A DNA stretch of 64,000 nucleotides from Tubulanus polymorphus. Lineage: Eukaryota > Animalia > Nemertea. Under the pieces are notes generated by a model that made no database searches, was not told the DNA's origin, and saw only the letters and a list, made by a program, of their open reading frames with translations. This document shows, in pieces, positions 36,294 to 49,410 of the stretch. How positions within the stretch are numbered: position 1 is the stretch's first letter; each line of letters starts with the position of its first letter. Location: positions 11,989,950 to 12,053,949 of the forward strand of contig NC_134026.1 in NCBI RefSeq assembly GCF_964204645.1, read 5' to 3'. The position numbers and the translations under genes are program-made.

Positions 36294-36500
36294 TAAATTG
36301 TTTGACAGTTGAAATGATAAATTGTTTGACAGTTGAAATGATAAATTGTTTGACAGTTGAAATGATAAATTGTTTGACAGTTGAAATGATAAATTGTTTG
36401 ACAGTTGAAATGATAAATTTTTTGACAGTTGAAATGATAAATTGTTTGACTGTTGAAATGTTAAATTGTTAGACTGTTGAAATGTTAAATTGTTTGGCTG
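36282..36500. repeat. 24-bp tandem repeat, about 9 copies
   Basis: CAGTTGAAATGATAAATTGTTTGA units. Confidence 0.9.
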
Positions 36501-36620
36501 TAAATTTAATTGTTATTTGATTTAATCATTTAAAAGTTTAATATTTTTAAAATGATTATAAAATATTTAATTAAAAACTAGCAAATATTTTATAAACTGT
36601 TTAATTTTTCTCTTAAATAA

Positions 36621-36839
36621 ATGGATGGTTTCATCCCAACTGGGAAAAGTGATTTGAAACATTATTTAGTATCAGGCGGATTAATATTGGCTGCGCTTTT
36701 CTTTTATTATGAAAATATCAGTAAGGATTTGATTAATGAAAATATAAAATTGAGCAAGAAATTAAAGAAGTTAAATGGAAACAATCACAGAAAGGATAAC
36801 AATACAAAAGTTAATGATTTAAATGATTTGGAGGATTAA
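36621..36839 (+). CDS. Small single-TM protein of element D
   Basis: 72 aa, YLVSGGLILAALFFYY; preceded by TTTTTCTCTTAAATAAATG, the family start motif. Confidence 0.6.
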   Translation: MDGFIPTGKSDLKHYLVSGGLILAALFFYYENISKDLINENIKLSKKLKKLNGNNHRKDNNTKVNDLNDLED

Positions 36840-36886
36840 AACAGCATGTATTAATTTAATTTATTCTATATATTTTGACTATAAAA

Positions 36887-37138
36887 ATGAGTGAAAATAA
36901 GGTATTAGAAATATTACATCTAATATATAAAAATCAACAGAATATTAAATCAATTATTATGATTTCAGGTTTATTTTCATTCTCAGTTTATACTATAAAA
37001 CAGTTGTTAGAATTCTATGATTGCTGTAAAATTAGATACACTGAATTAATAGAAAATATGAATTATATTTCAGATCGAATAAATAATATTAAATGCTGTG
37101 AAATATGTAATAAAAGATATAAAAATAAAAGAGTTTGA
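36887..37138 (+). CDS. Small putative membrane protein with C-terminal CCxxC
   Basis: ATG at 36887 in ORF 36875-37138; hydrophobic IIMISGLFSFSVY. Confidence 0.4.
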   Translation: MSENKVLEILHLIYKNQQNIKSIIMISGLFSFSVYTIKQLLEFYDCCKIRYTELIENMNYISDRINNIKCCEICNKRYKNKRV

Positions 37139-37609
37139 GAAATCACATGTATATTCATGAACTTGATGAAAAATTATATGAATCAAAATAAGAAATCGAC
37201 TGTTAAATTAGCTGAAAATATAAAATATATTAGTTGAAATGTATGAAAATAAAAGTTAATAAAAAAGGGGGGTTGAGGTATCAATGTATTAGATACCCTA
37301 TTAGATACCCTAATACCAGGTATTAAATACGTATCAAATACGTATTGATGGTATTAAATACATATTATGCTTTATTTCTGAAAATGAAGTAACAGAAGTA
37401 ATTTATGTTTTAATTCATTCAAGTATGATATTGTAAATTCTTTACATTTGACTAGGATAATACAAGAGTGATATTAGTTAGTTGGCTTATTCAATAAGAG
37501 AAACAATGAAATAATACAAGAGTGATACTAACAGTTAAAGTTATTGAATTTCTTGTTAAATCTATTTGAATTCTAGTCAATTCTTGTTAACCAATAGCGC
37601 GAATAGAAA

Positions 37610-37697
37610 TCAAAAAGATTTAAATAAATAAACAATAAGTTAAATAAGTTAGTAATAGATAAAGTAACTTATTGTTTTTTTATTTAAATCTTTTTGA
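37610..37697. repeat. Internal inverted repeat (hairpin) in D
   Basis: TCAAAAAGATTTAAATAAA...AACAATAAGTTA pairs with TAACTTATTGTT...TTTATTTAAATCTTTTTGA. Confidence 0.75.
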
Positions 37698-38247
37698 GTT
37701 AGTTACTTTTAAACATAAAATAAGAATTTAACGCATATAAATATAAATATTCACTGTTTTAAATATGAATTATTTCACTCGTTAATTACTCGTTACTTTT
37801 TATATTGAAAATAAGAATTTAACGCATATAAATATAAATATTCAATGATTTACATATGAATTATTTCAATCACACTTTACTCACACTTTTTATGTTTAAA
37901 AATCTAACTCATACAAATATAAATATTGAAATAATGTTTAAAATATATCTATATATCTATTCTATAAGAGCTCGTTAATTACTCGTTACTTTTTTACTAA
38001 CACTTTGCTCACACTTTTATATTGAATAATCTATCAATTTATATGTTATTCATATATATTTTATCCATGTATATGAATATTTTAAGAGTAATAGGGGTTT
38101 AGTTGGTTCATATCAAAGGTTGAAAGGGCGAGTGAGTAAAAAATGAAAAATATGAAAATAATAATAATTTCTACTTGAATTAGGAGTGTACGCGACTAAT
38201 TCAAGTAGAAATTGTTATTATTTTCATATTTTTCATTTTTACGAGCT

Positions 38248-38510
38248 GTCTCCTACAGGGGAGCGACGAACGGGCGAGCAAGCTCTTGGCCCGGCTGGGC
38301 AAATTGACACGATATCAGACGATGCATGGGCAACCGGAGCCGGAGACGAGAGCGACACAGACTTGGGCACTGGCTCTGTTTACTACTGGTGTCTAGTACC
38401 GTAGTCGCGAGAGTGACGGGAGGTGGATGGCTGGATTTCTTATGAGAATCCCATGAGGGATCGCCGGCCTGCTCCCCTACCGATGGACGGCCAGTAGGAG
38501 AAGAGCAAAG
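38248..38510 (-). pseudogene. Continuation of DIRS-like ORF1 beyond element D
   Basis: GC-rich, Ser/Pro/Arg-rich minus frame (...SSPAPVAHASS...SPVRRSPV) of the same character as 34360-35131. Confidence 0.45.
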
Positions 38511-38519
38511 ACAACAATT

Positions 38520-40270
38520 GACTTGCCTTTCGCATTGAACTTAGTTAAACTGCCGAATAACTTTAGTTACCCCCTGTGCGTTTAGAAGGCTTACGTTGGA
38601 AACTAAGCATAGATGAACAGTTCCGTGATCACTACCGAACTTTCATGTCGATGGCAATCAAGTCAGGTTATGCCGAACTGGTACCCCCAGATAGCGTAAT
38701 AACCAACGGCCACGTATGTTATCTACCCCATCATAGTGTCTGTCACCCGAGAAACCACACAAGGTTCATGTCGTTTTCGATGCCTCGGCGTAGTTCAACG
38801 GAGTATCGTTGAACTACGTACTGTTACAAGGGCCCAACCTTATGAAAATTCTTGTTTGTATATTGCATCGGTTTCGGGAGGGTGAAGTACCACTGAAAGC
38901 TGATATAGAAATGATGTTCTTTCAAGTTAGGGTGCCACCAAAAGATCGCCACTGCCTACGTTTCTTGTGGTGGACCAATGTGACAAAAGAACAAGAGTGC
39001 TACCATATGACTGTTCACTTATTCGGAGCTGTCTCATCCCCAAGCTGCGCAAACATGCCCTTGCCTCAAACGGCTATCGATAGTGCTGATGATTTCGCCT
39101 ACGAAGTGGTATGAACCATAAGTCGTAACTTCTACGTCAATGACTGCTTGAAGTGTCCTGCTGACCCCGCAAAATCTGTCAGTCTTACGTTTGAGTTGAA
39201 GAGTTTATACCAACACGGAGGGTTCAACTTGAATCAGTGTTAAGATATCTCCGTCTTATCGGCACTACCGGAGAACAACCAGGCTCATGAGATGAACCCG
39301 ACAGACATAGGAGTAACCCTATGCCAAGTAATGACAGCTTCAGTTTCAAGGTCAGCCTTAAGAGTCAGACCATGTCACGTCGAGTGCTACTTTCAGTGGT
39401 GGCATCATGTTGCCCCAATGCGGTTCATCTCGCCATTAATACTTTTAGCGACGCTCATCTAACACCGGTTAAGGTTATGCGAGGTGAAGATAGGCTGGGA
39501 CTCACCCGTACCCGAATCAGAGTCCGCTGCCTGGAAACAGTGGTTGGTCGTGTCTTTGTTGAATACAATCCTAGCTCCGAGAGTCTGAAACCGAGCAGCT
39601 TCTGTAGCATCGTGTTGTGTATCATTTTTCAGATGCTTGTGTTATCGGATAGGGCACCGCGTCGTATCTGAGGCTTGTTGATACTGAAGGCCTGATAGCC
39701 TGTTCGCTGCTCCTTGGCAAATCGAGAGTCGCCCTTCTTAAGAAAGTCTTAATTCCATGCTTAGAGCTCACCACAGCGACATGGCTATCTGGATAAATAA
39801 TATGCTTCAGCAAGAAATCGACTTGAAGGTAGAAGATACCTTCAACCGGACAGACAGCACCATAGAGTTGTGTTACATGAATAATGAAATGTTGCTTTAT
39901 CGAACATTCATAGCGAATAGAGTAGAAATCATACGTGACAGTTCAGATGTGAGTCGCTGGAACCACATCTCCTCGCAGCAGAACCAGCTGACGTCATTTC
40001 TTTCGGACTACAGCTTGAGGAGAGTCATCGTCTAGACCAGTGGCTGAGATGTCCAGACTTTCTACGCCAGACTCGTCATGATAATATTTGGCGTCCACCC
40101 AACACGGAGTGGTAGTTACCGATTGAGGATCCGGAATTTAAGAGAACTAGCACTGTCTGTGCCTGCATAGTGATCGTTGATCATCCCGTTGTATATCTGC
40201 TCCAAAGCTTCTTGAGTTGGTCCGAACGAGAATGGGCGCGATTGGACACGACGCATCAGAGATTTATCGT
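38520..40270 (+). pseudogene. pol: BEL/Pao LTR retrotransposon pol remnant (RT, RNase H); continues at 63013-63086
   Basis: YLPHH, LLQGPNL, ADIEMMFFQV, LRFLWW, HLFGAVSSPSCAN, degenerate NFYVND, GKSRVAP, TDSTI, FIANRV. Confidence 0.88.
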
Positions 40271-40414
40271 TGTAGCATCGTCCAGCCAAGATGTTTCCGA
40301 TATAATAAGATTAAGATTGATATAAAGATAACGGTAGTAGTTTATTCATGGTTTCCGTTACAACGCTTTCTAGCCTGCGCCAGGTGGCAGCATCATACAA
40401 TGTACTATCCTACA
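40271..40414 (-). repeat. 3' LTR (144 bp), preceded on the minus strand by PPT AAAAAGGGAGA (40417-40427)
   Basis: Differs from the 5' LTR by one substitution and one 3-bp indel. Confidence 0.95.
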
Positions 40415-40629
40415 TATCTCCCTTTTTAGAAATATAATGTCACATATCTAAACTAAAGAACTGATACAAAATTACATGAACATAAATCTGTGAATACAAA
40501 TATTTTATGTTGTTACAAAATCATTAAATTTAGCAGGAAGTTTGGAAGTTCTACCAGACTTAGTTACAATTGTTGCTTTCTCAGACACAGATTTTTCATT
40601 AATACAATTTCTCTAACCAATATCAGTAC

Positions 40630-41230
40630 TTACATCAGTAGTGCTGTACCAGAATTTATATTTCTATTATCAATCGTTTCAGGTAATTGAGTTGGCAAAA
40701 TAGGTAAATTAATACTATCGTAGTTAACAGAGACTGGAATTTTTCTTAAGAACTTTGCATTTCGAACGTATCGTTTCCCTGTATTTACATTGACAATCTC
40801 AAATGTATTATCCGCTAAAGATTTTACAATAACATGTTTTACCGAACTATAGTTACAATCTAATTTCTCCCCTTTGAGCAAATTTGCTACATATACAATA
40901 TCACCAATTACAAAACTGTGATCTTTTGCACAACGTTTCTGATCAATATATGATTTCATGGATGCATTATAATGCTTATGATTCAATTCAGCAGATATCC
41001 TTCTCCCTTCAGAACTATTGGATCGCTCTAACATAGGTAGTTTAGTCCGAATTTCTTTAGACAATAACAATTTAGATGGAGATAATCTCGTAGCCTTATG
41101 AGGTGTACTACGATACATCATAAGAATTCTGGACAATTAGAGATGCCAGTTCTTACTGGATCTTACAGCACATTTCAGCGCTTTCTTCAAATACCTATGA
41201 AATCTTTCGATCTTACCGTTACTACGAGGG
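40630..41230 (-). pseudogene. pol: Gypsy integrase C-terminal part
   Basis: YRSTPHKAT..SPSKLL...IRTKLP; F.IGD.V; Y.RN..FLRK. Confidence 0.85.
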
Positions 41231-42244
41231 TAAGGCCAAAAAAAAGATGTCTTGTTTCTCATGATTTTGAAATCCCGCCCGCATCGGAAAAATCATCGGC
41301 AAATTAGCGATAAAAATAAAGTCCGCCCTCCCGCATCATAGCTCGAAAATAAATTTGTTTTTTATAAAATTAAAATCCGCCCGCCCGCATCGATATATTA
41401 CGCATATCGTCATCTTTTTATCATTTTATATCTCTATGAACGTATCGAGAAAAGTTGATATATAAATATGAATATCATATAGATATCATCGGCACCACAC
41501 TGGTGACTCGAACCCATATCAACGGAGTCGGTTACCGTAGGCCTAAATGTCAAATGCCAAGGTCGCTGTGGAGCTTGATTTCTGGCGTGATTCTTATTCG
41601 AAGCGATTTCTCTTGGTAAAATGTGGTGGTAATAGCGTCCAAGATGTTGCTATCTGTTCAAATAATATTCCAAAAGAAGCCAATACTACGTTGGCCAATT
41701 CTACAAGTATCTCCAGAGTCAACAGTGATGGAACTCTTCGAAAATGCGTTGGCCGGTTCTTACTCAAACTTGACAGTTAGTGAAGAAATGCGTGACGTTC
41801 ACGAGAAGTATATAGAGTGTCCAGATTTACTGAAAGCCGATATTTCTAGGACCTTAGAAGGTCACTTCCAGTCAATACCTGTGACATCTGTAATCAGTGA
41901 TTTAAAAGACTTTGGTATATATGTAAAATATACTTTGGAGACAAAAAAGGCCAGTAGCAGTACAGCAGAGCGGAATGCATTCCAGACATTAATGGCTGCA
42001 GCTGCAAGAAAATCCTGGCCCCCGATGATTGATCCAATAAGAAACAAAAAAGATGAACTGTTTAATCATGTGTTGCTAGTCTTTAAAACCATGGGTGGAC
42101 CAGGCTGGCCAGCATCATCATTGACGATTGGGAATAACTTCGTCACATTATTGACCGATGTCATGTGGATGTTAGACGGCAATCATGTAAGTAGCTGACT
42201 TATACCTGTCTGTTTTTCCTTAAAACTTGCTGATTTTTATTTAA

Positions 42245-43211
42245 GGCCAAAACAAAATGTATGTGTGGTTACGGTCTCCCCACCGATTCAAATGAATTAC
42301 GCCGAGTCATTTTATTTTATTGGCTTAATTTTCGTCATCTAAAATTTTGGAGTAACCATTTTTCATTGTTCATGTTCAAACATCCGGAAAATGCACAACA
42401 CATATAAAAGTCATCGATAAAACTTTTTCAAAATCGACCGGGATTGCAATCTTTATGTCTTGAAATTTAGGGATTATTACCGGAATGTGACTGCCATGTG
42501 AGCTCACATATTTTGACAGCTGAGCTACTACTAGCGCCATCTATCGAACATAAATTGAACCTGTTGCCCAATTTCACTCCAAATGCTATCATAAATCATT
42601 GGACAGTCTGTTATGTCTAGTCTCTGTTGAATTGTAATAAGGCTTATATTTTTTACAGTGTCGTAGTCTCTGATTCAACAGGCCATAAATAGTCCTATTG
42701 ATAACTAAGAGATATTTTTTTTGTTAACGTTTGGAGACCTAGGTACAATACATCGTAGTTTTACACATTTCTTCAGCTTCAAAATTTTGATACTGATGAA
42801 AGGTAAACAAGGGTGATAATGATTTATAATTACCAAGTAACACATCAAAAAATTCTTGAATTAATATGTATGTTGTTTATTTGTTGGTAAAGGTTCTTAG
42901 GTTTTTAAGCGTTGCTTATTTTGTGACTGAAAATAATGAATAAGCAATGAAAAAAACCCTTCGCATTCTTTGACTTTTGAGGTGATGGTATTACTGATAC
43001 ATTACTTCCATAGGCCATATACTTGGAAGTTAGTCATAGTGGTACTTGCAAGTTAATTTTCTTGCTATAGTATGTCGTAAGTTTATCCAATTAGCGCGTT
43101 CCCCATTCATTTTCAAATAAAAGGTTTTTGAAAAAATAAAACAATTTTCCTACCTACCTACCCCAAAAAAATTGGAGGCGATAGTATCCACACATATATT
43201 TTGTTTTGGCC
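42245..43211. mobile_element. Zator-type MITE in intron 1 of the transposase
   Basis: TIRs GGCCAAAACAAAATRTATGTGTGG at both ends; TAA duplicated at 42242-42244 and 43212-43214. Confidence 0.88.
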
Positions 43212-43380
43212 TAAGCTATACATAAAATTCTACAAGGTCAGAGAATACATGTTGTTATATGCCTATTAACCAAAATGTTGCTCAATTTAGAATTGACGGC
43301 TGTCTGCCCAGTACCCCCTCCCCATTTTAGAAATTTTCAAATCAACGAGAAATTGTATTAAATCGTCTTCCAGCTTCTCA

Positions 43381-43421
43381 TTTTTAGCCCACTTGGGACT
43401 TTAGTCCCAGCGGGCTATTGC
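43381..43421 (+). mobile_element. End of a Helentron/HINE-like non-autonomous element in the intron
   Basis: TTTTTAGCCCACTTGGGACTTTAGTCCCAGCGGGCTATTGC, related to 32603-32645. Confidence 0.4.
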
Positions 43422-46204
43422 GTTTATTGTTCACCAAAATCAGCACTTACACATTTTTGAAGTTTTCAAGGGAAATTTTGAAGATGCTTTGATCAATTAT
43501 CTTGATCTTTCGTATGTATTTGTATCCCCCAAGGGCCTATCAGCATAAGAAAAAGTGGGTCGATCACACTCAAGATGGCCGTCCTGTGACCTTTTTTGTG
43601 CCCAAAAATGTCAATTTTCCTGTAGCTTCCTACTGGTAGCCGAGTCCTGTAGCTTCCTACTGGTTTGCCATTTTTCATTGAAGTATAATTATACTTATCC
43701 CAAGAGGGCATGGTGTCCCTGGACCCCTATTTGTTTCTCTTCGGACATTAAAATTCATTGTGATCAATTTGCGGAAAATGTTTTAATGCGTTTTTTCCGG
43801 AAAGCATAAAATGTCCACTAACTTTTCGCACAAGACTTTGAATGGAAGCTATATGCACGTTTAAAATGTTTTATATCTATTTTCAGGATAAATTAGCTTC
43901 TCGGAGCTGCGAAATCCCAACAGCACTCAAGCCACTAAATGGGTATAATCGCCCGGAGCTCCACAAACATAAACGTACGCAACTATCTGAAACGGAGATG
44001 TCATCATTTAGAGATATGTTATTTACTGTTTTACAACAGATAAACCCCCTTGAATTTTTATACTTTAAAATTATGTTTGAAAACCGAGTTAGAGAAAATT
44101 AATTATACTTTAGCGAATATATTCACAAACAAGATTGTAAATGTAAAATATTTCCTACACAAGAACACGTCATGGGCATTATTTCAAGGATGTCTGTATT
44201 GCATTTTTATTTTCTTTAACTGACTATGAACTATATCAATAGTTAAAATTCAATGGTGGACAGCAGACTTTATATTTCTATGTATTACTTTGACGGACTT
44301 ATCCACTTCCTGTTTATTACATACAAGCCTTTATTTCAGCTTGCTCAGTGATGCTTCAGGCTTATGTCATTGCATTTCAAACTGCTCTGTTTTTAGGGCC
44401 ATGGTATTAAATGTAAAAATCTGTGGGCAAGTCATGTATTCCACAAACAAAATTTTGACAAGGGATTATCAAAATTCAAATATTTTTGTATTCTAGAAAT
44501 GGATTTCTACAGATGACCAATGGAAGCACATGAAGGAGATGGTAGAGAACCTAGCTATGGCATTAGACAAGTATATCGATTATCTGAATAAGAGAACAGC
44601 AGAAATGAATCGGATACACAGTTTACAGGAACCAGTACGGAGTGTTGATGACGCTTATAGTACTATAGACTTGCCATATGGTATGCCATTTCCCAAATTC
44701 ATGCTGAATATATGACAGACATTTATGAAGCTTTAACTGTATTGGGTGACAATGAACCTCTATTTCTGAACCAATACCTACCTGAAAATCCTCAAGAAAG
44801 GTACAAAGTTATAAAAAGCATAAAAATGTATGGTGTTGGATTTAGGTCTGTCTTGTACACTTACAGTACTGGAAACAATCTTGGTTCCTTGCATTTTGTA
44901 TGGAAATGCTCAGAAAATGAAGATACAATAGATTCAAATAGCCATGTTATCCTTAAACTGTCGGCCGACATGCCAAAATTCCATACACGTGAAATGCGCA
45001 AAGTTGTTGAAAAAATGGTCGGGTCTGTAGTAAAATTAAAACCTCTGGTATTCAGAAATATCTATAAACTTATTTCGGGTGATATGTCTGTTGGAGAAAC
45101 AGCAGAGCAGGCCATAATTGATTCACGTGTCAGGCTTATTATGGAATCTGGGGACGTAGATCTGGTGGCAGATATGAGAACCTTAAATCAAGGCCGGGAA
45201 GCCAAGTTTGAGCCGTTTTGGGTTGAGGTGGAGAAGTATATGAATGAAATTTGTGGCGAGGTTACAGATGATCGTCGCCATGATGCTGTGTGCCATATTG
45301 CCACCGCAATGTCCATCCACCACCTACACAAAGAAGTCTCCAGCCGTTGTCCAGAAGGTACACCTATACTTTCTGAACAATGGCTTAGACTTCAATTTTG
45401 GCCGAAGGACCCATATTCAAAATCTGCCTACCAATACACGGGTAGGTTAAAATTGAAGTATATGGTGCAGAAAAGGCAGGTGAGGCACTCACACATTGAT
45501 TCTCACTATGCATCAGCATTGTACAAATACGAACGTGAGATGGCCATTAGGTTTAGAGATAAATGTGTCTTTATTTCAATAGATGATAAACATAAAATCA
45601 AATTAGGTGAACCGGGATATCCTGTGGCAGCGTGTGATCGTGGTAAGCAGGTAATTGTAGACAAGGATAAGCTATTTTCAGTTGGTGATCATGATTTCAC
45701 AAAGTTTGGGTTGACTCCAAGTGTGACATTGCTGATTGATGTGCCAGACTCAATCACTGGGAGTTTCTATTCTGGGCAAGTCTTTGTGAATCTCAAAGAT
45801 AGTATATTAGAACCGTCTAGCCCAATTCGACATGCCACTGAAATTATCAAGATATTGGATACTCAGGTTAGAAAGCCAATTCTGTTTATTTATTCCGATG
45901 GTGGCCCTGACCACAGGCTTAATTTTATAACTGTACAGTTGTCGTATCTGTGTATTTTCTTGATATTTCAGCTTGATCTCTTGGTTGCTGTAAGAACACC
46001 ACCATATAATAGCTCGTTAAACCCATTTGAGCGCATAATGTCAATTATCAATATTGCCCTACAATGTGTTGGTCTTATGCGGCAGGAGTCTACTGACAGT
46101 TTCGAAAACATTCTCTCTGGGTGTAGTAATATGAAAGAGATAAGAGCTGCTGTTGAGAAAAATGATGGGATGGGCCCTGCTCTCTTAGATTCAACCCGCC
46201 CGCC

Positions 46205-48241
46205 AATAATGAAATAGAAAGATTAAATTCAAATAGGTCAAAAGATAAAATACCAACTTATAAATTTAGAATGTTAGCTAAAACATCTGAGAATTATATA
46301 TCATTCCAATTTGGTTGCCTAAGATTTATAGATTCATATAGATTTTTAAATAGTTCATTAGATAACTTATCAAAATCATTAGTTGATGATGAATTAAAGA
46401 TATTAAAAGAATATTACCCAAATATTGATGATTTTAAATTAATGAGATATAAAGGAGCAATTCCATATTCTTTCTATAAAAATCATAATGATTTTAAAAT
46501 AACTGAATTATTGAAAGAACAATTCTATGATGAATTAAAAAACGAATATGTTAAAGATGAAGTATATAATAGAACATTGAATATTTGGAATCATTTCAAA
46601 ATAGAAAATCATGGACAATTAGTAGATATATATTTAAAATCAGATGTATTATTATTAACCGATATATTCGAAAGATTTAGAGATGTAAACCTAAAATATT
46701 TTAATATTGATCCTTGTCATTGTTATTCATCACCAGGTTTAACATGGGATTGTGGTTTAAAATTTACAGATATAAAAATGGATTTGTTAACAAATATAGA
46801 TCAATTATTATTATTTGAAAAATCTATAAGAGGAGGAGTTTCAGGTGTATTAGGTGATAGATATTTCAATGTAAATGATAACCCCGGATATAAGTTATTA
46901 TATATAGATGCAAATAATTTGTATGGTTGGGCAATGATGGAACCACAACCTTATGGAGTATTTGAATTAACTGAAGTTTTACAGAATGAAAATAATGATA
47001 AATTTGATTGGAAGAAAAGAATTCTAGATATTGCAGATGATTCAGATACTGGTTACTTCTTTGTTGTAGATTTAGAATATCCTGAACATATTAAATTTAA
47101 ATCTAGAAATCTAGCTTACTGTCCCGAACATAAAACTGTAACTCATGAAGAATTATCAAGTTATCAAAAAAGAATTAAACCCGAAAATCATATTCATACA
47201 GAAAAGTTAATGGTAACTCAAGAAGATAAATATGATTATGTAGTACATTATAGAATGTTAAAGTTTTATCTAAATCAAGGAATGGTTCTAAAAAAAGTAC
47301 ATAGATATATTTAATTTAGTCAATCTAAGTGGTTAGAAAAATATATAGATTTTAACACCAAACAGAGAACTAAAGCTAAAACTGATTTCGAGAAAGATTT
47401 CTTCAAGTTAATGAATAATGCATTCTATGGTAAGACTTGTGAAAATATTAGAAATAGAAATGGTATTGAGTTAGTCAGTAATGGTAAAAGAATTAGACAT
47501 TTACAATCATATCCTAAATTTATTGGTAACAAAATATTTGATGAAAATTTAGCCGCAGTTAAGATGAGAAGAACTTCTATGAAGTTCAATAAACCTATTT
47601 ATGTTGGAGCATCAGTTTTAGAATTATCAAAATTACTTATGTATAAATTTTACTATAACGCATTACAACCACTTTTTGGAGAAAAACATATAGAAATGTT
47701 ATATTTTGATACAGATTCTTACATATTAAAGATAAAAACTGATAACATAACCGATGATTTAAAAACATTAAAACATCATTTTGATTTCAGTGATTATCCT
47801 AAAGATCATGAATTGTTTAGCAATGATAATAAAAAAGTTCCCGGTAAATTCAAAGATGAATTAGGCGGTGAAGAAATGATTGAATTCATCGGTATTAGAT
47901 CTAAAATGTATTCATATAAAACTAAAGAACATGAAACTAAAAAGTTAAAAGGAATAACCAAAAATGTAGTAGAAAAGAATATTCATTTCAAAGATTACAT
48001 CAATTGTATATTCAATGAAGAAGTTAGAAAACATAAGATGAGATGTTTAAGATCTGAAGATCATGAAATGTTTATTGAAGAAATTGAAAAGATTAGTCTA
48101 AACCCATTTGATGATAAAAGATATATTTTAGATGATGGAATTCATACCGTTGCTTATGGTTGTAATTTAGATGAATACTTAAAATTTAAAAGAGAAGAAA
48201 CAAAAGAGAACGAGATAATGAAAAGAATTCTAACGTGTTAA
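46205..48241 (+). pseudogene. POLB: pPolB, 5'-truncated, in-frame TAA at 47312; intein-free (YFDTDS)
   Basis: YIDANNLYG, KLMNNAFYGKT, YFDTDS, RSKMY. Confidence 0.93.
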
Positions 48242-48270
48242 TCAAATTTTAATAAAAATATGTTATTAAA

Positions 48271-48624
48271 ATGGAGAGTAAACAAGCACACAGTGAGAAC
48301 AACAAATCATTTCTAGATAGAATAAAAGATACTACAAATGTAAAATCTGTAGATTATAAATTCAAAAAGTTAACAGAATTAACAATCCATAAGAAATATC
48401 TAATTACAAATATTGTTACAGTTACTAACAAATATGGAGATAAATTAGTTATACACTTAGAATATGAAGGATTAAAAGGAAATACATATAAATTCAGAAC
48501 ATATTTACCAGATAGATTTCATAGATTATCAAGTGAAGATTTAGAAGAATTATGTTCTGGAGATTTCTATTTCGTATACAAAGGTAAGAATGAAAAAGGT
48601 CACCATGAAATAGATTTCGAATGA
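48271..48624 (+). CDS. Putative OB-fold/SSB-like small protein
   Basis: Distant homolog of 33-359. Confidence 0.6.
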   Translation: MESKQAHSENNKSFLDRIKDTTNVKSVDYKFKKLTELTIHKKYLITNIVTVTNKYGDKLVIHLEYEGLKGNTYKFRTYLPDRFHRLSSEDLEELCSGDFYFVYKGKNEKGHHEIDFE

Positions 48625-48641
48625 GAAAATATGTAAAATAA

Positions 48642-49394
48642 ATGGTAGAATTAAAAGAATACAGATTATTTGTAGATTCTAGAAGACTTACAAATTATAA
48701 ATCTCATAATTTACTAGTTCAATTAGATAGAGAATTCAAGAATTGTGTTGATTTAAAATTAGTAAATATAAGTTTATGTAATTCTTTTTATAATATAACG
48801 GATAAAACTATTGATCATAAATTGTTTATAGTTCAGGAAAAAAATAAAAGGTATCATTTATATCTAAAACCAGGGTTATATAATTTAGATACATTGGCAC
48901 AAGAAATTAATAGAAAAGCCTGGCACAAATTAGGTAGTAATTCCGGGTTTAGTATTAGATGTTTTAAAAGTGATAGTTCTGATAAAATAAGGATTAGGTT
49001 AACTCGTAGTGAAAAATATCAATTTTTAGTTAAAAAACCTATAGCTAAACTGTTAGGAATTACACCAGATAAACTTTATTCAAATGTTGATGCTACACCA
49101 AACTTAATACCTTACACACATTTTTATATTTATTGCAATTTAATCGATCCTACAAAAACATTCGAAGCAACTAAAGATATAACTTGTAATTCTGGTTTAC
49201 TAAACATTTTACCATTGAAGAATGTTAAAGAATTTGGAACGCAAATAAATTATAATTTAACAGAATGTGATTTCAAACCATGCATTCCTCGTTTTAATAA
49301 TTTTAGATTAGAAATTAGAAATCATAATGGATACTTAATTGATTTAAATAACTTTCCTGTAATTTATGAATTAGTTATAAGATGTAGAGAGTAA
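48642..49394 (+). CDS. PX: Minor capsid protein (penton), intact 250 aa
   Basis: PGLYNL, FYIYCNLID, LEIRNHNGYLIDLNNFPVIYEL. Confidence 0.82.
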   Translation: MVELKEYRLFVDSRRLTNYKSHNLLVQLDREFKNCVDLKLVNISLCNSFYNITDKTIDHKLFIVQEKNKRYHLYLKPGLYNLDTLAQEINRKAWHKLGSNSGFSIRCFKSDSSDKIRIRLTRSEKYQFLVKKPIAKLLGITPDKLYSNVDATPNLIPYTHFYIYCNLIDPTKTFEATKDITCNSGLLNILPLKNVKEFGTQINYNLTECDFKPCIPRFNNFRLEIRNHNGYLIDLNNFPVIYELVIRCRE

Positions 49395-49410
49395 TTTTTT
49401 CATTATATAA

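Larger units (their letters stand above)
35132..38247. mobile_element. Element D: non-autonomous Polinton-related element with ~570-bp TIRs and palindromic ends; outermost ~45 bp of right end missing
   Basis: 35132-35704 mirrors 37702-38247; terminus AGTAATAGGGGTTTAGTTG shared with copy C; no POLB, INT or MCP. Confidence 0.85.
41234..46204 (+). mobile_element. Zator DNA transposon, 3'-truncated
   Basis: Begins GGCCAAAAAAAAGATG directly after TAA (TWA target, GG terminus); encodes a Zator-type transposase. Confidence 0.8.
41644..46204 (+). pseudogene. Zator transposase, 3 exons (about 41644-42186, 43887-44039, 44497-46204); mutated donor and frameshift near 44712
   Basis: Phase-0 joins LDGNH|DKLASRSC and LQQ|KWIST; motifs ISIDDKHK, DHDF, SDGGPDHR, PYNSSLNPFERIMS. 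Confidence 0.8.

Noticed and set aside
36251-36472. ORF with repeated VEMINCLT
   Set aside because: Artefact of a 24-bp tandem repeat; no family start motif.
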